From NCBI RefSeq assembly GCF_051903065.1, contig NZ_CP178438.1: 64,000 bases of DNA; one strand, 5' to 3'. The notes beneath the pieces were generated by a model. The model made no database searches and was not told the DNA's origin. It worked only from the letters and a program-made list of their open reading frames with translations. Each line of letters starts with the position of its first letter. Position 1 is the first letter of the stretch. The position numbers and the translations under genes are program-made. Shown here one piece after another: positions 14,457 to 28,212 of this stretch. The stretch is from Escherichia coli. Its GTDB lineage: Bacteria; Pseudomonadota; Gammaproteobacteria; Enterobacterales; Enterobacteriaceae.

Positions 14457-15254
14457 ATGTTTTTAGTCGACTCACACTGCCATCTCGATGGTCTGGATTA
14501 TGAATCTTTGCATAAGGACGTGGATGACGTTCTGGCGAAAGCCGCCGCACGCGATGTGAAATTTTGTCTGGCAGTCGCCACAACATTACCGGGTTATTTA
14601 CACATGCGGGATCTGGTAGGCGAACGTGACAACGTCGTATTTTCTTGTGGCGTGCATCCACTCAACCAGAATGATCCCTACGATGTAGAAGATTTACGCC
14701 GTCTGGCGGCAGAAGAGGGTGTTGTAGCGCTGGGTGAAACCGGGCTGGATTATTATTACACACCGGAAACTAAAGTACGTCAGCAAGAGTCCTTCATCCA
14801 TCATATCCAGATTGGTCGTGAACTGAACAAGCCGGTTATCGTCCATACCCGTGACGCCCGCGCCGATACGCTGGCAATTCTGCGCGAAGAAAAAGTGACG
14901 GATTGCGGTGGCGTACTACACTGTTTTACAGAGGACAGAGAAACGGCGGGTAAATTACTGGATCTCGGATTTTACATCTCCTTTTCCGGCATTGTGACCT
15001 TCCGAAATGCGGAGCAACTGCGCGATGCTGCGCGTTATGTCCCCCTGGATCGGTTACTGGTGGAAACTGACTCACCTTACCTTGCGCCGGTACCGCATCG
15101 AGGAAAAGAGAATCAACCTGCGATGGTTCGTGACGTTGCAGAATACATGGCTGTGTTGAAAGGTGTTGCCGTTGAAGAACTGGCGCAGGTAACCACCGAT
15201 AACTTCGCCCGTCTGTTTCACATCGACGCTTCCCGCCTTCAATCCATCCGTTGA
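14457..15254 (+). CDS. ycfH: TatD-family metal-dependent DNase YcfH
   Basis: Start at ATG 14457 ([11 protein letters not shown]...), 265 aa; TatD hydrolase motifs. Confidence 0.92.
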
Positions 15255-15548
15255 ATGAGTTTTTTTAAAGCTCGTAATTAATGGCTAAAACGAGTAAAGT
15301 TCACCGCCGAAAATTGGGCGGTGAATAACCACGTTTGAAATATTGTGACATATGTTTTGTCAAAATGTGCAACTTCTCCAATGATCTGAAGTTGAAACGT
15401 GATAGCCGTCAAACAAATTGGCACTGAATTATTTTACTCTGTGTAATAAATAAAGGGCGCTTAGATGCCCTGTACACGGCGAGGCTCTCCCCCCTTGCCA
15501 CGCGTGAGAACGTAAAAAAAGCACCCATACTCAGGAGCACTCTCAATT
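15255..15548 (+). promoter_or_regulatory. ptsG: ptsG promoter/operator region and 5' UTR (known target of Mlc, CRP and sRNA SgrS at the RBS); individual sites not pinpointed
   Basis: 294-bp AT-rich non-coding region ending in SD aggag 8 nt before ptsG ATG; regulators assigned from established knowledge. Confidence 0.55.
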
Positions 15549-16982
15549 ATGTTTAAGAATGCATTTGCTAACCTGCAAAAGGTCGGTAAATCGCTGATGC
15601 TGCCGGTATCCGTACTGCCTATCGCAGGTATTCTGCTGGGCGTCGGTTCCGCGAATTTCAGCTGGCTGCCCGCCGTTGTATCGCATGTTATGGCAGAAGC
15701 AGGCGGTTCCGTCTTTGCAAACATGCCATTGATTTTTGCGATCGGTGTCGCCCTCGGCTTTACCAATAACGATGGCGTATCCGCGCTGGCCGCAGTTGTT
15801 GCCTATGGCATCATGGTTAAAACCATGGCCGTGGTTGCGCCACTGGTACTGCATTTACCTGCTGAAGAAATCGCCTCTAAACACCTGGCGGATACTGGCG
15901 TACTCGGAGGGATTATATCCGGTGCGATCGCAGCGTACATGTTTAACCGTTTCTACCGTATTAAGCTGCCTGAGTATCTTGGCTTCTTTGCCGGTAAACG
16001 CTTTGTGCCGATCATTTCTGGCCTGGCTGCCATCTTTACTGGCGTTGTGCTGTCCTTCATTTGGCCGCCGATTGGTTCTGCAATCCAGACCTTCTCTCAG
16101 TGGGCTGCTTACCAGAACCCGGTAGTTGCGTTTGGCATTTACGGTTTCATCGAACGTTGCCTGGTACCGTTTGGTCTGCACCACATCTGGAACGTACCTT
16201 TCCAGATGCAGATTGGTGAATACACCAACGCAGCAGGTCAGGTTTTCCACGGCGACATTCCGCGTTATATGGCGGGTGACCCGACTGCGGGTAAACTGTC
16301 TGGTGGCTTCTTGTTCAAAATGTACGGTCTGCCAGCTGCCGCAATTGCAATCTGGCACTCTGCTAAACCAGAAAACCGCGCGAAAGTGGGCGGTATTATG
16401 ATCTCCGCGGCGCTGACCTCGTTCCTGACCGGTATCACCGAGCCGATCGAGTTCTCCTTCATGTTCGTTGCGCCGATCCTGTACATCATCCACGCGATTC
16501 TGGCAGGCCTGGCATTCCCAATCTGTATTCTTCTGGGGATGCGTGACGGTACGTCGTTCTCGCACGGTCTGATCGACTTCATCGTTCTGTCTGGTAACAG
16601 CAGCAAACTGTGGCTGTTCCCGATCGTCGGTATCGGTTATGCAATTGTTTACTACACCATCTTCCGCGTGCTGATTAAAGCACTGGATCTGAAAACGCCG
16701 GGTCGTGAAGACGCGACTGAAGATGCAAAAGCGACAGGTACCAGCGAAATGGCACCGGCTCTGGTTGCTGCATTTGGTGGTAAAGAAAACATTACTAACC
16801 TCGACGCATGTATTACCCGTCTGCGCGTCAGCGTTGCTGATGTGTCTAAAGTGGATCAGGCCGGCCTGAAGAAACTGGGCGCAGCGGGCGTAGTGGTTGC
16901 TGGTTCTGGTGTTCAGGCGATTTTCGGTACTAAATCCGATAACCTGAAAACCGAGATGGATGAGTACATCCGTAACCACTAA
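15549..16982 (+). CDS. ptsG: Glucose-specific PTS enzyme IICB
   Basis: 477-aa ORF, multi-TM IIC domain plus C-terminal IIB with phospho-Cys context [10 protein letters not shown]. Confidence 0.97.
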
Positions 16983-17004
16983 TCCGTAAGACGTTGGGGA
17001 GACT

Positions 17005-17030
17005 AAGGCAGCCAGATGGCTGCCTTTTTT
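17005..17030 (+). terminator. Rho-independent terminator of ptsG
   Basis: aaggcagcc-agat-ggctgcctt hairpin followed by tttttt. Confidence 0.8.
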
Positions 17031-17041
17031 ACAGGTGTTAT

Positions 17042-19231
17042 TCAGAATTGATACGTGCCGGTAATGCTGAAATTACGCGGTGCGCCGTAGACGATAGAAC
17101 CTTCCACGTTGGTATCGTAGGTTTTGTCGAACAGGTTATTGACGTTTCCCTGTAACGAGAAGTTTTTCGTCACCTGGTAGCGGGTGAAGAGATCCACCAG
17201 CGCGTAGCTACTTTGCTCGGCGCGGAACGTGCCATACGGTGTCACTGTGTCGGTATAAACGCGATTTTGCCAGTTAACACCACCGCCGACTGTCAACTCT
17301 GGCATGACAGGCAACCGATAGCTGGTGAACATTTTAACCGTGGTGCGTGGCAGATTAGGATTAACGGCGTTTCCTTCGTTATCCTCTGCAATATAGCGCG
17401 TTGCGCCAAATGTCAGCTGCCAGTTGTCGGTAATTGCGCCGTTGAGTTCAAATTCCACACCTTTACTGACTGTCCCATCCACCGCTTTATAGGCGGTTTC
17501 GCCGTTGCTGCCGGGGATAGGTGTACCGGTGGACTGAGCGACATTATCCTGCTCAATACGGAAGATGGCTAACGTGGTGGTCAGACGGCTATTCATCCAG
17601 TCCGATTTCAGACCCAGCTCGTAGTTGTTACCGGTGATTGGAGCCAGATATTTGCCTGAACTGTCACGATCATTTTGCGGCTGGAAAATAGAGGTATAGC
17701 TGGCGTAGGTCGACCAGTTATCATTGATGTCAAACACCAGACCAGCATAAGGCGTGGTGTGGTTTTTCTCCATGCTGTAAGTCAGCGTATCAACCCGCCA
17801 GTTGGTATAACGTGCGCCGAGGATCAGATGCAGCGGATCGGCAAGGGTGACACGAGTGGCAGCATATAACGATTTCATATGTGTGGTATCGTCCTGCGCC
17901 AGGCTCTGTGGTGACCAGTCGGTTTGTGGGAAATTGCCATTAAAGTTGTAGAAACTGCCAATTTCATCCGGGAAGATGTTGGCCCATGAACTGAAGTAAC
18001 GATTGTTTTGTTTGCTGTAACTGCCACCAAACATTAGATTGTGCTGACGACCAAACAATTCATAACTACCGTCAGCGAACAAATCCAGCGCATCAACTTT
18101 ACGTTTGCCACTGTTCCAACCGGTGCCGCCGACATAATCAAAGCCAGGTCCATAATTACTGTATGGCCCAACCAGCATACCATCCGCTTTGTTTACATAG
18201 GCATCGACATACATCATTTTGCTGTCAAATTCGACTTCAGAGTGGGTGGCATTCAGTGTCGCTTGCCAGGTATCAGCAAACCGCTGCTTCAGGGTCATAA
18301 AGACCTTGTTGATCTCTTTATCGTTGTACGCCCAGTCAGGTGCGGTACTGCGTGCGCGATCGTAACTGTTGCTGCTGCCATCAGTATTCCAGCGCGGTAA
18401 ACCGCCCCAGGTTGGGCTATTAACATCAATGCGCTGATATTCGTAACCGGCTGAAAGCGTCGTAAGATCGCCTAAATCAGCATCGACAATGCCGGAGAAG
18501 AAGGTCTTTTCACTATTGTAGCGGTCCAGCCATGAGTCGTTATTCTGGTAGCCGCCGACAATTCGCGCGCGGATTTTACCGTCTTCGGTGAGTGGGCTTT
18601 GTAAATCCGCCACATACCGTTCTTTGTTCCAGCTACCGTATTCCGCCGAGACATCGCCTTTAAATTCACGACTGGTCGCGTGTTTTCGAACCATATTAAT
18701 TGCCGCAGATGGATTACCCGTCCCGGTCATGAGTCCTGTCGCGCCACGCACTACTTCTACGCGTTCAAAAAGTGCCATATCAGAAAGTGCGTCGCCCAGA
18801 TTCCAGCGCGATTCAAAATAGGTGGGGATACCATCAACCATATAGTTATCGATCTGGAATCCGCGGGAATAATAAAGAGCACGATCGGAATCCGCCTGAC
18901 TTTTGCTGATCCCCAGCGTGTTTTCCATCACTTCGCCCAGCGTTTGTAACTGCTGATCTTCCATCCGCTGCTGGCTAACAATAGTGACCGACTGAGGAAT
19001 ATCACGTTGAGTCATCTGCATTTTGGTACCCGCAGAGGTAGACGTTACGCTGTAATCATTTTCGCTATCAGCTGGAGCAGTGGCTGAACCCTCAACAATC
19101 ACCGTTTCTTCAGTGGCTGGAGCGGCAAAAGCGGCAGAAGGTAATAGTGCCAGTGCTATGCAACCGGCAAGGAGTGACGGTTTGGTGATGGCTTGATATT
19201 GATTATCCCTGTTAAATTGTGTTGAAAGCAT
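17042..19231 (-). CDS. fhuE: TonB-dependent outer-membrane receptor for ferric coprogen/rhodotorulic acid
   Basis: 729-aa ORF with signal peptide, TonB-box-like N-terminus and C-terminal beta-barrel ending in aromatic residue (...GTYQF). Confidence 0.95.
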   Translation of the reverse strand: MLSTQFNRDNQYQAITKPSLLAGCIALALLPSAAFAAPATEETVIVEGSATAPADSENDYSVTSTSAGTKMQMTQRDIPQSVTIVSQQRMEDQQLQTLGEVMENTLGISKSQADSDRALYYSRGFQIDNYMVDGIPTYFESRWNLGDALSDMALFERVEVVRGATGLMTGTGNPSAAINMVRKHATSREFKGDVSAEYGSWNKERYVADLQSPLTEDGKIRARIVGGYQNNDSWLDRYNSEKTFFSGIVDADLGDLTTLSAGYEYQRIDVNSPTWGGLPRWNTDGSSNSYDRARSTAPDWAYNDKEINKVFMTLKQRFADTWQATLNATHSEVEFDSKMMYVDAYVNKADGMLVGPYSNYGPGFDYVGGTGWNSGKRKVDALDLFADGSYELFGRQHNLMFGGSYSKQNNRYFSSWANIFPDEIGSFYNFNGNFPQTDWSPQSLAQDDTTHMKSLYAATRVTLADPLHLILGARYTNWRVDTLTYSMEKNHTTPYAGLVFDINDNWSTYASYTSIFQPQNDRDSSGKYLAPITGNNYELGLKSDWMNSRLTTTLAIFRIEQDNVAQSTGTPIPGSNGETAYKAVDGTVSKGVEFELNGAITDNWQLTFGATRYIAEDNEGNAVNPNLPRTTVKMFTSYRLPVMPELTVGGGVNWQNRVYTDTVTPYGTFRAEQSSYALVDLFTRYQVTKNFSLQGNVNNLFDKTYDTNVEGSIVYGAPRNFSITGTYQF

Positions 19232-19564
19232 TTGAAATCTCTTGGTTTATGTTGTCGTCAGGCTCATGCCGGAGGAGGGTGATGAGCGGTTATATTTAGT
19301 GTGCGAATAATTTTGTATGTAAATGCAAATGAGAAATATACGCATTCATATTTGACGTGTAAACCAAACAGAGAATGTCTTTTCAGCGCATTCGCAGGCA
19401 GAAATGGGAATAATGGCGATATATACGGCAGCAAAACGATTTTTTGCTTAAGAAATCGTGAGTTAAGGTTGAAAGAGCAGGTTTAACTCGACCATACTCT
19501 ATACTCGCAGTGTGGCGCGGCGTAGCATGGCGCAACGCATGGCTATTTGAAAAAGGAAAATGTC

Positions 19565-19924
19565 GTGGCAGAAGAAACTATATTCAGCAAAATTATTCGT
19601 CGTGAGATCCCCTCCGATATCGTCTACCAGGATGATCTGGTAACGGCGTTTCGCGATATTTCGCCGCAAGCGCCAACGCATATTCTGATCATTCCGAATA
19701 TCCTCATTCCGACTGTGAACGACGTGTCAGCTGAGCATGAGCAGGCGCTGGGACGCATGATCACCGTAGCGGCAAAAATTGCTGAGCAAGAAGGTATTGC
19801 CGAAGATGGTTATCGTCTGATCATGAATACCAACCGCCATGGCGGACAAGAGGTTTACCACATCCATATGCACTTGTTGGGTGGCCGTCCGCTGGGACCA
19901 ATGCTGGCGCATAAAGGTCTGTAA
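19565..19924 (+). CDS. hinT: HIT-family purine nucleoside phosphoramidase
   Basis: GTG start at 19565 gives 119 aa; histidine triad HIHMHLLGG. Confidence 0.93.
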   Translation: MAEETIFSKIIRREIPSDIVYQDDLVTAFRDISPQAPTHILIIPNILIPTVNDVSAEHEQALGRMITVAAKIAEQEGIAEDGYRLIMNTNRHGGQEVYHIHMHLLGGRPLGPMLAHKGL

Positions 19925-19926
19925 CG

Positions 19927-20304
19927 ATGAGAAAAGGATGCTTTGGGCTGGTGTCTCTGGCGTTGTTACTGCTGGTGGGCTGTCGTTCACATCCGGAAAT
20001 TCCGGTGAATGATGAGCAATCGCTGGTGATGGAGTCATCTTTATTGGCTGCGGGCATCAGTGCAGAAAAGCCCGTCCTTTCGACGTCTGATATTCAACCT
20101 TCAGCATCCTCAACGCTTTATAACGAAAGGCAAGAACCCGTTACCGTTCATTATCGTTTTTACTGGTATGACGCCAGAGGGCTGGAGATGCATCCTCTGG
20201 AAAGGCCACGCAGCGTTACCATTCCCGCACATTCGGCGGTAACGCTGTACGGCAGCGCCAATTTTCTGGGGGCGCACAAAGTCAGACTTTATCTATATTT
20301 GTAA
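19927..20304 (+). CDS. ycfL: Lipoprotein YcfL
   Basis: 125-aa ORF with lipobox LLVGC. Confidence 0.88.
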   Translation: MRKGCFGLVSLALLLLVGCRSHPEIPVNDEQSLVMESSLLAAGISAEKPVLSTSDIQPSASSTLYNERQEPVTVHYRFYWYDARGLEMHPLERPRSVTIPAHSAVTLYGSANFLGAHKVRLYLYL

Positions 20305-20317
20305 GGGGTGAATCTTG

Positions 20318-20939
20318 ATGACAAAAATGAGTCGCTACGCCTTGATTACCGCGCTGGCGATGTTTCTCGCCGGTTGTGTGGGGCAACGTGAACCTGCACC
20401 GGTAGAAGAAGTGAAACCAGCGCCGGAACAACCAGCCGAGCCACAACAGCCTGTCCCCACAGTGCCCTCGGTGCCGACGATCCCGCAGCAGCCAGGCCCA
20501 ATTGAGCACGAAGATCAAACTGCACCGCCTGCGCCGCATATTCGCCATTATGACTGGAATGGCGCAATGCAGCCGATGGTCAGTAAGATGCTTGGGGCTG
20601 ACGGGGTGACTGCGGGTAGCGTCCTGCTGGTTGATAGCGTTAACAACCGTACTAACGGTTCGCTGAATGCCGCAGAAGCGACCGAAACGCTGCGAAATGC
20701 GCTGGCTAATAACGGGAAATTTACCCTGGTTTCCGCCCAGCAGCTGTCGATGGCTAAGCAACAGTTAGGTTTGTCGCCGCAGGATAGTTTAGGCACCCGT
20801 AGTAAAGCCATAGGCATTGCCCGCAATGTCGGCGCTCATTACGTGCTGTACTCCAGCGCCTCTGGCAACGTTAACGCTCCGACCCTACAAATGCAGCTGA
20901 TGCTGGTGCAGACGGGCGAAATTATCTGGTCAGGTAAAG

Positions 20940-20959
<20 letters not shown>
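20318..20959 (+). CDS. lpoB: Outer-membrane lipoprotein activator of PBP1B
   Basis: Lipobox LAGC, Pro/Gln-rich linker, C-terminal globular domain; ATG at 20318. Confidence 0.93.
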
Positions 20960-22800
<1,841 letters not shown>

Positions 22801-22822
22801 CCCTGGCTTATGTGAGGAAGCG

Positions 22823-23365
22823 ATGATTATCTATTTACACGGTTTTGACTCTAACAGTCCGGGTAACCACGAGAAAGTCTTACAATTGCAGTTTATTGAC
22901 CCGGATGTACGCTTGATAAGCTACAGTACGCGGCATCCGAAACATGATATGCAGCATCTGCTTAAAGAAGTGGACAAAATGTTGCAACTGAACGTTGACG
23001 AGCGTCCGCTAATTTGCGGCGTTGGTCTGGGCGGATACTGGGCGGAACGGATTGGTTTTCTTTGCGATATCCGCCAGGTGATCTTCAACCCTAATTTGTT
23101 CCCTTATGAGAACATGGAAGGCAAGATTGATCGCCCGGAAGAGTATGCCGATATTGCCACTAAGTGTGTGACCAACTTCCGTGAGAAGAATCGCGATCGT
23201 TGCCTGGTGATTTTGTCGCGTAATGATGAAGCGCTTAACAGCCAGCGGACATCTGAAGAGTTGCATCATTATTACGAGATTGTCTGGGACGAAGAGCAGA
23301 CGCACAAATTCAAGAATATCTCCCCGCATTTGCAGCGCATTAAAGCGTTCAAAACCCTCGGGTAA
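22823..23365 (+). CDS. ycfP: Alpha/beta-hydrolase-fold protein YcfP
   Basis: Start at ATG 22823 ([18 protein letters not shown]...), 180 aa. Confidence 0.9.
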
Positions 23366-23367
23366 AT

Positions 23368-23495
<128 letters not shown>

Positions 23496-23614
23496 AACGC
23501 CCTACATACACCCCTCACGCTATATCACTCTCACAAATTCGCTCAAATAATAAGCAATAAACTCTGTTTTTTGATCTCACCCGGTAAAGTCGCCTATCTT
23601 TTCAGCAACAAAAC

Positions 23615-23628
23615 TTGATTAACATCAA
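23615..23628. promoter_or_regulatory. ndh: FNR/CRP-family palindrome TTGAT-N4-ATCAA in ndh promoter region
   Basis: Perfect ttgattaacatcaa about 140 bp upstream of ndh start; ndh is known to be FNR-repressed. Confidence 0.55.
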
Positions 23629-23764
23629 TTTTGGTATGACCAATGCACCATTCATGTTATTCTCAATAGCGAAGAACATTTTCATTGCTGTAACCTGTTG
23701 TTAATTAAGAGCTATGCTAATAACCATTAATTAACAATTGGTTAATAAATTTAAGGGGGTCACG

Positions 23765-25069
23765 TTGACTACGCCATTGAAAAAGATTGTGATTGTCGGC
23801 GGCGGTGCTGGTGGGCTGGAAATGGCAACACAGCTGGGGCATAAGCTGGGACGCAAGAAAAAAGCCAAAATTACGCTGGTCGATCGTAACCACAGCCACC
23901 TGTGGAAACCGCTGCTGCACGAAGTGGCGACTGGCTCGCTTGATGAAGGCGTCGATGCGTTGAGCTATCTGGCCCATGCGCGCAATCATGGTTTCCAGTT
24001 CCAGCTGGGTTCCGTCATTGATATTGATCGTGAAGCGAAAACAATCACTATTGCAGAACTGCGCGATGAGAAAGGTGAACTGCTGGTTCCGGAACGTAAA
24101 ATCGCCTATGACACCCTGGTAATGGCGCTGGGTAGCACCTCTAACGATTTCAATACGCCAGGTGTCAAAGAGAACTGCATTTTCCTCGATAACCCGCACC
24201 AGGCGCGTCGCTTCCACCAGGAGATGCTGAATCTGTTCCTGAAATACTCCGCCAACCTGGGCGCAAATGGCAAAGTGAACATTGCGATTGTCGGCGGCGG
24301 CGCGACGGGTGTAGAACTCTCCGCTGAATTGCACAACGCGGTCAAGCAACTGCACAGCTACGGTTACAAAGGCCTGACCAACGAAGCCCTGAACGTAACG
24401 CTGGTAGAAGCGGGAGAACGTATTTTGCCTGCATTACCGCCACGTATCTCTGCTGCGGCCCACAACGAGCTAACGAAACTTGGCGTTCGCGTGCTGACGC
24501 AAACCATGGTCACCAGTGCTGATGAAGGCGGCCTGCACACTAAAGATGGCGAATATATTGAGGCTGATCTGATGGTGTGGGCAGCCGGGATCAAAGCGCC
24601 AGACTTCCTGAAAGATATCGGTGGTCTTGAAACTAACCGTATCAACCAGCTGGTGGTGGAACCGACGCTGCAAACCACCCGCGATCCAGATATTTACGCT
24701 ATTGGCGACTGCGCGTCATGCCCGCGTCCGGAAGGGGGCTTTGTTCCGCCGCGTGCTCAGGCTGCACACCAGATGGCGACTTGCGCAATGAACAACATTC
24801 TGGCGCAGATGAACGGTAAGCCGCTGAAAAATTATCAGTATAAAGATCATGGTTCACTGGTATCGCTGTCGAACTTCTCCACCGTTGGTAGCCTGATGGG
24901 TAACCTGACGCGCGGCTCAATGATGATTGAAGGACGAATTGCGCGCTTTGTATATATCTCGCTATACCGAATGCATCAGATTGCGCTGCATGGTTACTTT
25001 AAAACCGGATTAATGATGCTGGTGGGGAGTATTAACCGCGTTATCCGTCCGCGTTTGAAGTTGCATTAA
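23765..25069 (+). CDS. ndh: Type II NADH:quinone oxidoreductase (NDH-2)
   Basis: Two GxGxxG dinucleotide motifs (VGGGAGG, VGGGATG); 434 aa if started at TTG 23765 ([10 protein letters not shown]...). Confidence 0.93.
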
Positions 25070-25082
25070 TCGACGTACACTG

Positions 25083-25172
25083 GCGGATGTGGCATAAACG
25101 CCTCATCCGCCCTGGACAAATGGTACGAGCGGTAGGCCTGATAAGACGCGTTAAGCGTCGCATCAGGCATTC
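25083..25172. repeat. REP/BIME elements
   Basis: gcggatgtggcataaacgcctcatccgc and gtaggcctgataagacgcgttaagcgtcgcatcaggc palindromes after ndh. Confidence 0.7.
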
Positions 25173-25295
25173 CTTCAGACTCCTCCGAATCCTTAAGTAT
25201 TTCCAGCCATTCCCGCGCTTTTCATCTTCTGTCTGATAGCTGCTTTTCTCCTTCGCTTGCATGATTGGCATAACTGCAAAGAAGGAGGTATTCCC

Positions 25296-25835
25296 GTGAA
25301 TAAATCAATGTTGGCGGGTATCGGGATTGGTGTCGCAGCTGCGCTTGGCGTAGCGGCAGTGGCCAGTCTGAACGTGTTTGAACGTGGCCCGCAATACGCT
25401 CAGGTTGTTTCTGCAACCCCAATCAAGGAAACGGTTAAAACACCGCGTCAGGAGTGTCGCAACGTCACAGTGACCCATCGTCGACCGGTGCAGGATGAAA
25501 ATCGCATTACCGGGTCGGTGCTCGGCGCTGTTGCTGGCGGCGTGATAGGGCATCAGTTTGGTGGTGGTCGTGGTAAAGATGTCGCCACTGTTGTGGGGGC
25601 GCTGGGGGGGGGATATGCCGGTAACCAGATCCAGGGCTCTCTCCAGGAAAGCGATACTTACACGACTACGCAACAGCGTTGTAAAACGGTGTATGACAAG
25701 TCAGAAAAAATGCTCGGTTATGATGTGACCTATAAGATTGGCGATCAGCAGGGCAAAATCCGCATGGACCGCGATCCGGGTACGCAGATCCCGCTAGATA
25801 GTAACGGGCAACTGATTTTGAATAACAAAGTATAA
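25296..25835 (+). CDS. ycfJ: Glycine-zipper membrane protein YcfJ
   Basis: GTG start at 25296 gives 179 aa (MNKSMLAGIGIGVAAALG...); Gly-rich TM segments. Confidence 0.88.
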   Translation: MNKSMLAGIGIGVAAALGVAAVASLNVFERGPQYAQVVSATPIKETVKTPRQECRNVTVTHRRPVQDENRITGSVLGAVAGGVIGHQFGGGRGKDVATVVGALGGGYAGNQIQGSLQESDTYTTTQQRCKTVYDKSEKMLGYDVTYKIGDQQGKIRMDRDPGTQIPLDSNGQLILNNKV

Positions 25836-25857
25836 CAAGGCTGTACTCTGCAATTTG

Positions 25858-25891
25858 GCCCCTCATTCGCTCAGGCTGAGGGGCTTTTTTT
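25858..25891 (+). terminator. Rho-independent terminator after ycfJ
   Basis: gcccctca-N11-tgaggggc hairpin followed by ttttttt. Confidence 0.75.
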
Positions 25892-25896
25892 GCGAC

Positions 25897-26529
25897 TTAT
25901 TTCACCAGTTCGGGCCATAAACGCAAAGTCGTTCCGGCAATCTGCATCAGTTTTTCCAGCGATGCACCTTCGCGTGCGCTGATCGACATCCCCTGAATAA
26001 TACAATTAAGGAATTCTGCCAGATGTGTCACGTCACAGTGGGTCGGGATTTCCCCGCGCGCTTGTCGTTGACATAAAAACTGCTGCAAAGTGCGCTCTTG
26101 CATCGCATGGCGTGATTTCAACGTATTGGCGATATCTCCTGAATCTGGGGAGAGGGTGGTGCAGTTGTTGATCATGAAGCAGCCTGCCGGGGTGTCTTTG
26201 CTGGTAAAGCAGTTGGCGATGGCAGCAAAATAGTCAGCCAGCGCAGACTCCACGCTTTTCTCTTCACAAAACAGCTGTGCTTCATGCTTAGCGGCAAAAC
26301 GATCGATATAGCGGTCGAGAACGGCACGAAATAACCCCTCTTTGTTGGTAAATTCCGCGTATAGCGTGGGCGCTTTGGCTCCGGTCGCTTCGACGAGGTC
26401 CGCAAGAGAAGTCGCTTCATAACCGTGTTGCCAGAACAATTTCATGGCCTTATCAAGCGCGGCATCCCTGTCGAACACTTTTGGGCGGCCACGGCTTTTT
26501 TTTACACATTGTGTTGAGTCAGTTGCCAT
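25897..26529 (-). CDS. comR: TetR-family repressor ComR (YcfQ)
   Basis: Start at ATG 26527-26529 (MATDSTQCVKKSRGRPKV...), 210 aa; N-terminal TetR HTH. Confidence 0.9.
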   Translation of the reverse strand: MATDSTQCVKKSRGRPKVFDRDAALDKAMKLFWQHGYEATSLADLVEATGAKAPTLYAEFTNKEGLFRAVLDRYIDRFAAKHEAQLFCEEKSVESALADYFAAIANCFTSKDTPAGCFMINNCTTLSPDSGDIANTLKSRHAMQERTLQQFLCQRQARGEIPTHCDVTHLAEFLNCIIQGMSISAREGASLEKLMQIAGTTLRLWPELVK

Positions 26530-26769
26530 GATGCCGTTGTACCTGGTGACTGTGAATGAAAGGTTATTATAAAAATAATCACCTCCGTTCACCAGTCCAG
26601 ATCCCATAAAAATAATTGCTTTCTATTTAACTGAAATTTAAAGATTTTTAAATTAATTAATGATTGTTATAAAAAATATCTTGTATGTGATCCAGATCAC
26701 ATCTATCATTTAGTTATCGATCGTTAAGTAATTGCTTGCGACGTCATTCATCTGCATAAGGCCACTATT

Positions 26770-27027
26770 ATGAAAAACGTAAAAACCCTCATCGCTGCGG
26801 CGATTTTAAGCTCCATGTCATTTGCCAGCTTTGCGGCTGTCGAAGTTCAGTCAACGCCAGAAGGCCAACAAAAAGTCGGTACAATCAGTGCTAACGCGGG
26901 GACAAATCTGGGATCGCTGGAAGAGCAGCTGGCGCAAAAAGCGGATGAGATGGGCGCAAAATCTTTCCGTATTACTTCTGTAACCGGTCCGAATACCCTC
27001 CATGGAACAGCAGTAATTTATAAATAA
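26770..27027 (+). CDS. bhsA: Multiple stress resistance protein BhsA (YcfR), DUF1471
   Basis: 85-aa ORF with signal peptide; divergent from comR. Confidence 0.92.
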   Translation: MKNVKTLIAAAILSSMSFASFAAVEVQSTPEGQQKVGTISANAGTNLGSLEEQLAQKADEMGAKSFRITSVTGPNTLHGTAVIYK

Positions 27028-27060
27028 GCATTAACCCTCATTAATGCCTGCTACTGCTGA

Positions 27061-27100
27061 TTTTTTCCCCGCGACATGCCGTGTCGCGGGGATTTTTTTA
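27061..27100 (+). terminator. Rho-independent terminator after bhsA
   Basis: ccccgcgacatgccgtgtcgcgggg perfect hairpin followed by atttttttat. Confidence 0.85.
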
Positions 27101-27108
27101 TCCAGGAT

Positions 27109-28071
27109 TTACAGAGTTTGTGGGCTCACTTGATGACGGCGGACATCCACCGGCATCCCGGAACGGACATCCATCACATGTTGCATCACTTCAGCGTCAG
27201 TTTGTGCTGCATTTTTAAATGATTGCATTGCGCTATTCAGCGTAATTGGCAGCAGCTGCGGATCGTCATCAATCTTCTCTGACAGCGGCTGATGTACTTC
27301 AACCAGACGCGCACCGTTTGGTTCGGCAGAGACTTTTATCGGAGTGTTGATGATATTCACTTTGGTGCCTGGGGTGACCTGGCTAAAGAGTGTTTTGATA
27401 TCGTCATCCCGCAGACGAATACAGCCAGAACTTACCCGCATGCCAATGCCGAAATCGGCGTTCGTACCATGAAGCAAATAAACGCCGCCATAGGCCGCCA
27501 GACGAATCGCATGATGGCCCATTGGGTTATCCGGTCCAGCCGGCACTACCGCAGGCAACTCAATTCCCTGTGCTTTATAACGGGCGCGGATGTTTGCCGT
27601 TGGCGTCCAGGTTGGGTTTGCACGTTTGTCTGAAACGGTGGTCACCATTGTCGGTGTCAGCGTGTCACCACCTAACTGACCAATACCTATTGGATACACG
27701 GTTACCGAATTTTTACCCGGCGGGTAGTAATAGAGACGCAGCTCCGCAATGTTGATCACAATGCCTTCGCGCGGCGCGTCTGGAAGTAGGGTTTGCAACG
27801 GGATCGTTAACACGCTGCCCGCGCGCGGTACGTAAGGATCAACGCCGGGGTTAGCCTGTAACAGAGCGAGAAAGCCGACGTTATATTTTTTGGCGATGGC
27901 TTCCAGAGAACCACCGTCATTTTCCACCACATGAAATTTGTTTTCGCCAACCAGACGACTGCCCGCTGGCGGCAGCGGCCAGGTGTTGGCTTTTGCCGGT
28001 AGCGCCAGCGCCACGGCAGCGGCGAACGTAAAAAACGTTAGCCAGCGAGAAAAACGCGTTTTGATCATCAC
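27109..28071 (-). CDS. ldtC: L,D-transpeptidase (YkuD domain) LdtC/YcfS
   Basis: Signal peptide, LysM-like segment, YkuD catalytic region with HGT...SSGCIRL; GTG start at 28071 gives 320 aa. Confidence 0.92.
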   Translation of the reverse strand: MMIKTRFSRWLTFFTFAAAVALALPAKANTWPLPPAGSRLVGENKFHVVENDGGSLEAIAKKYNVGFLALLQANPGVDPYVPRAGSVLTIPLQTLLPDAPREGIVINIAELRLYYYPPGKNSVTVYPIGIGQLGGDTLTPTMVTTVSDKRANPTWTPTANIRARYKAQGIELPAVVPAGPDNPMGHHAIRLAAYGGVYLLHGTNADFGIGMRVSSGCIRLRDDDIKTLFSQVTPGTKVNIINTPIKVSAEPNGARLVEVHQPLSEKIDDDPQLLPITLNSAMQSFKNAAQTDAEVMQHVMDVRSGMPVDVRRHQVSPQTL

Positions 28072-28212
28072 CAAAAATCCATAATAAATATAAGGTTATT
28101 GTAATAAACAGATAAGCCTGAATTATGGATGGTGACAGTGTCGGATAGTGCAGGGAAGTGCAAAGAATTTGTAAATGTTGTAGATGGGGCGCAGAAACGC
28201 CCCCGATTTACC

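Noticed and set aside
15855-16979. 374-codon minus-strand ORF
   Set aside because: Entirely antisense to ptsG, whose product is unambiguous; a shadow ORF.
19232-19564. Fur box in the fhuE promoter region
   Set aside because: fhuE is iron-regulated by established knowledge and the region has AT-rich hexamer repeats (around 19300-19345), but I could not identify a convincing 19-bp Fur consensus match by eye, so no site is called.
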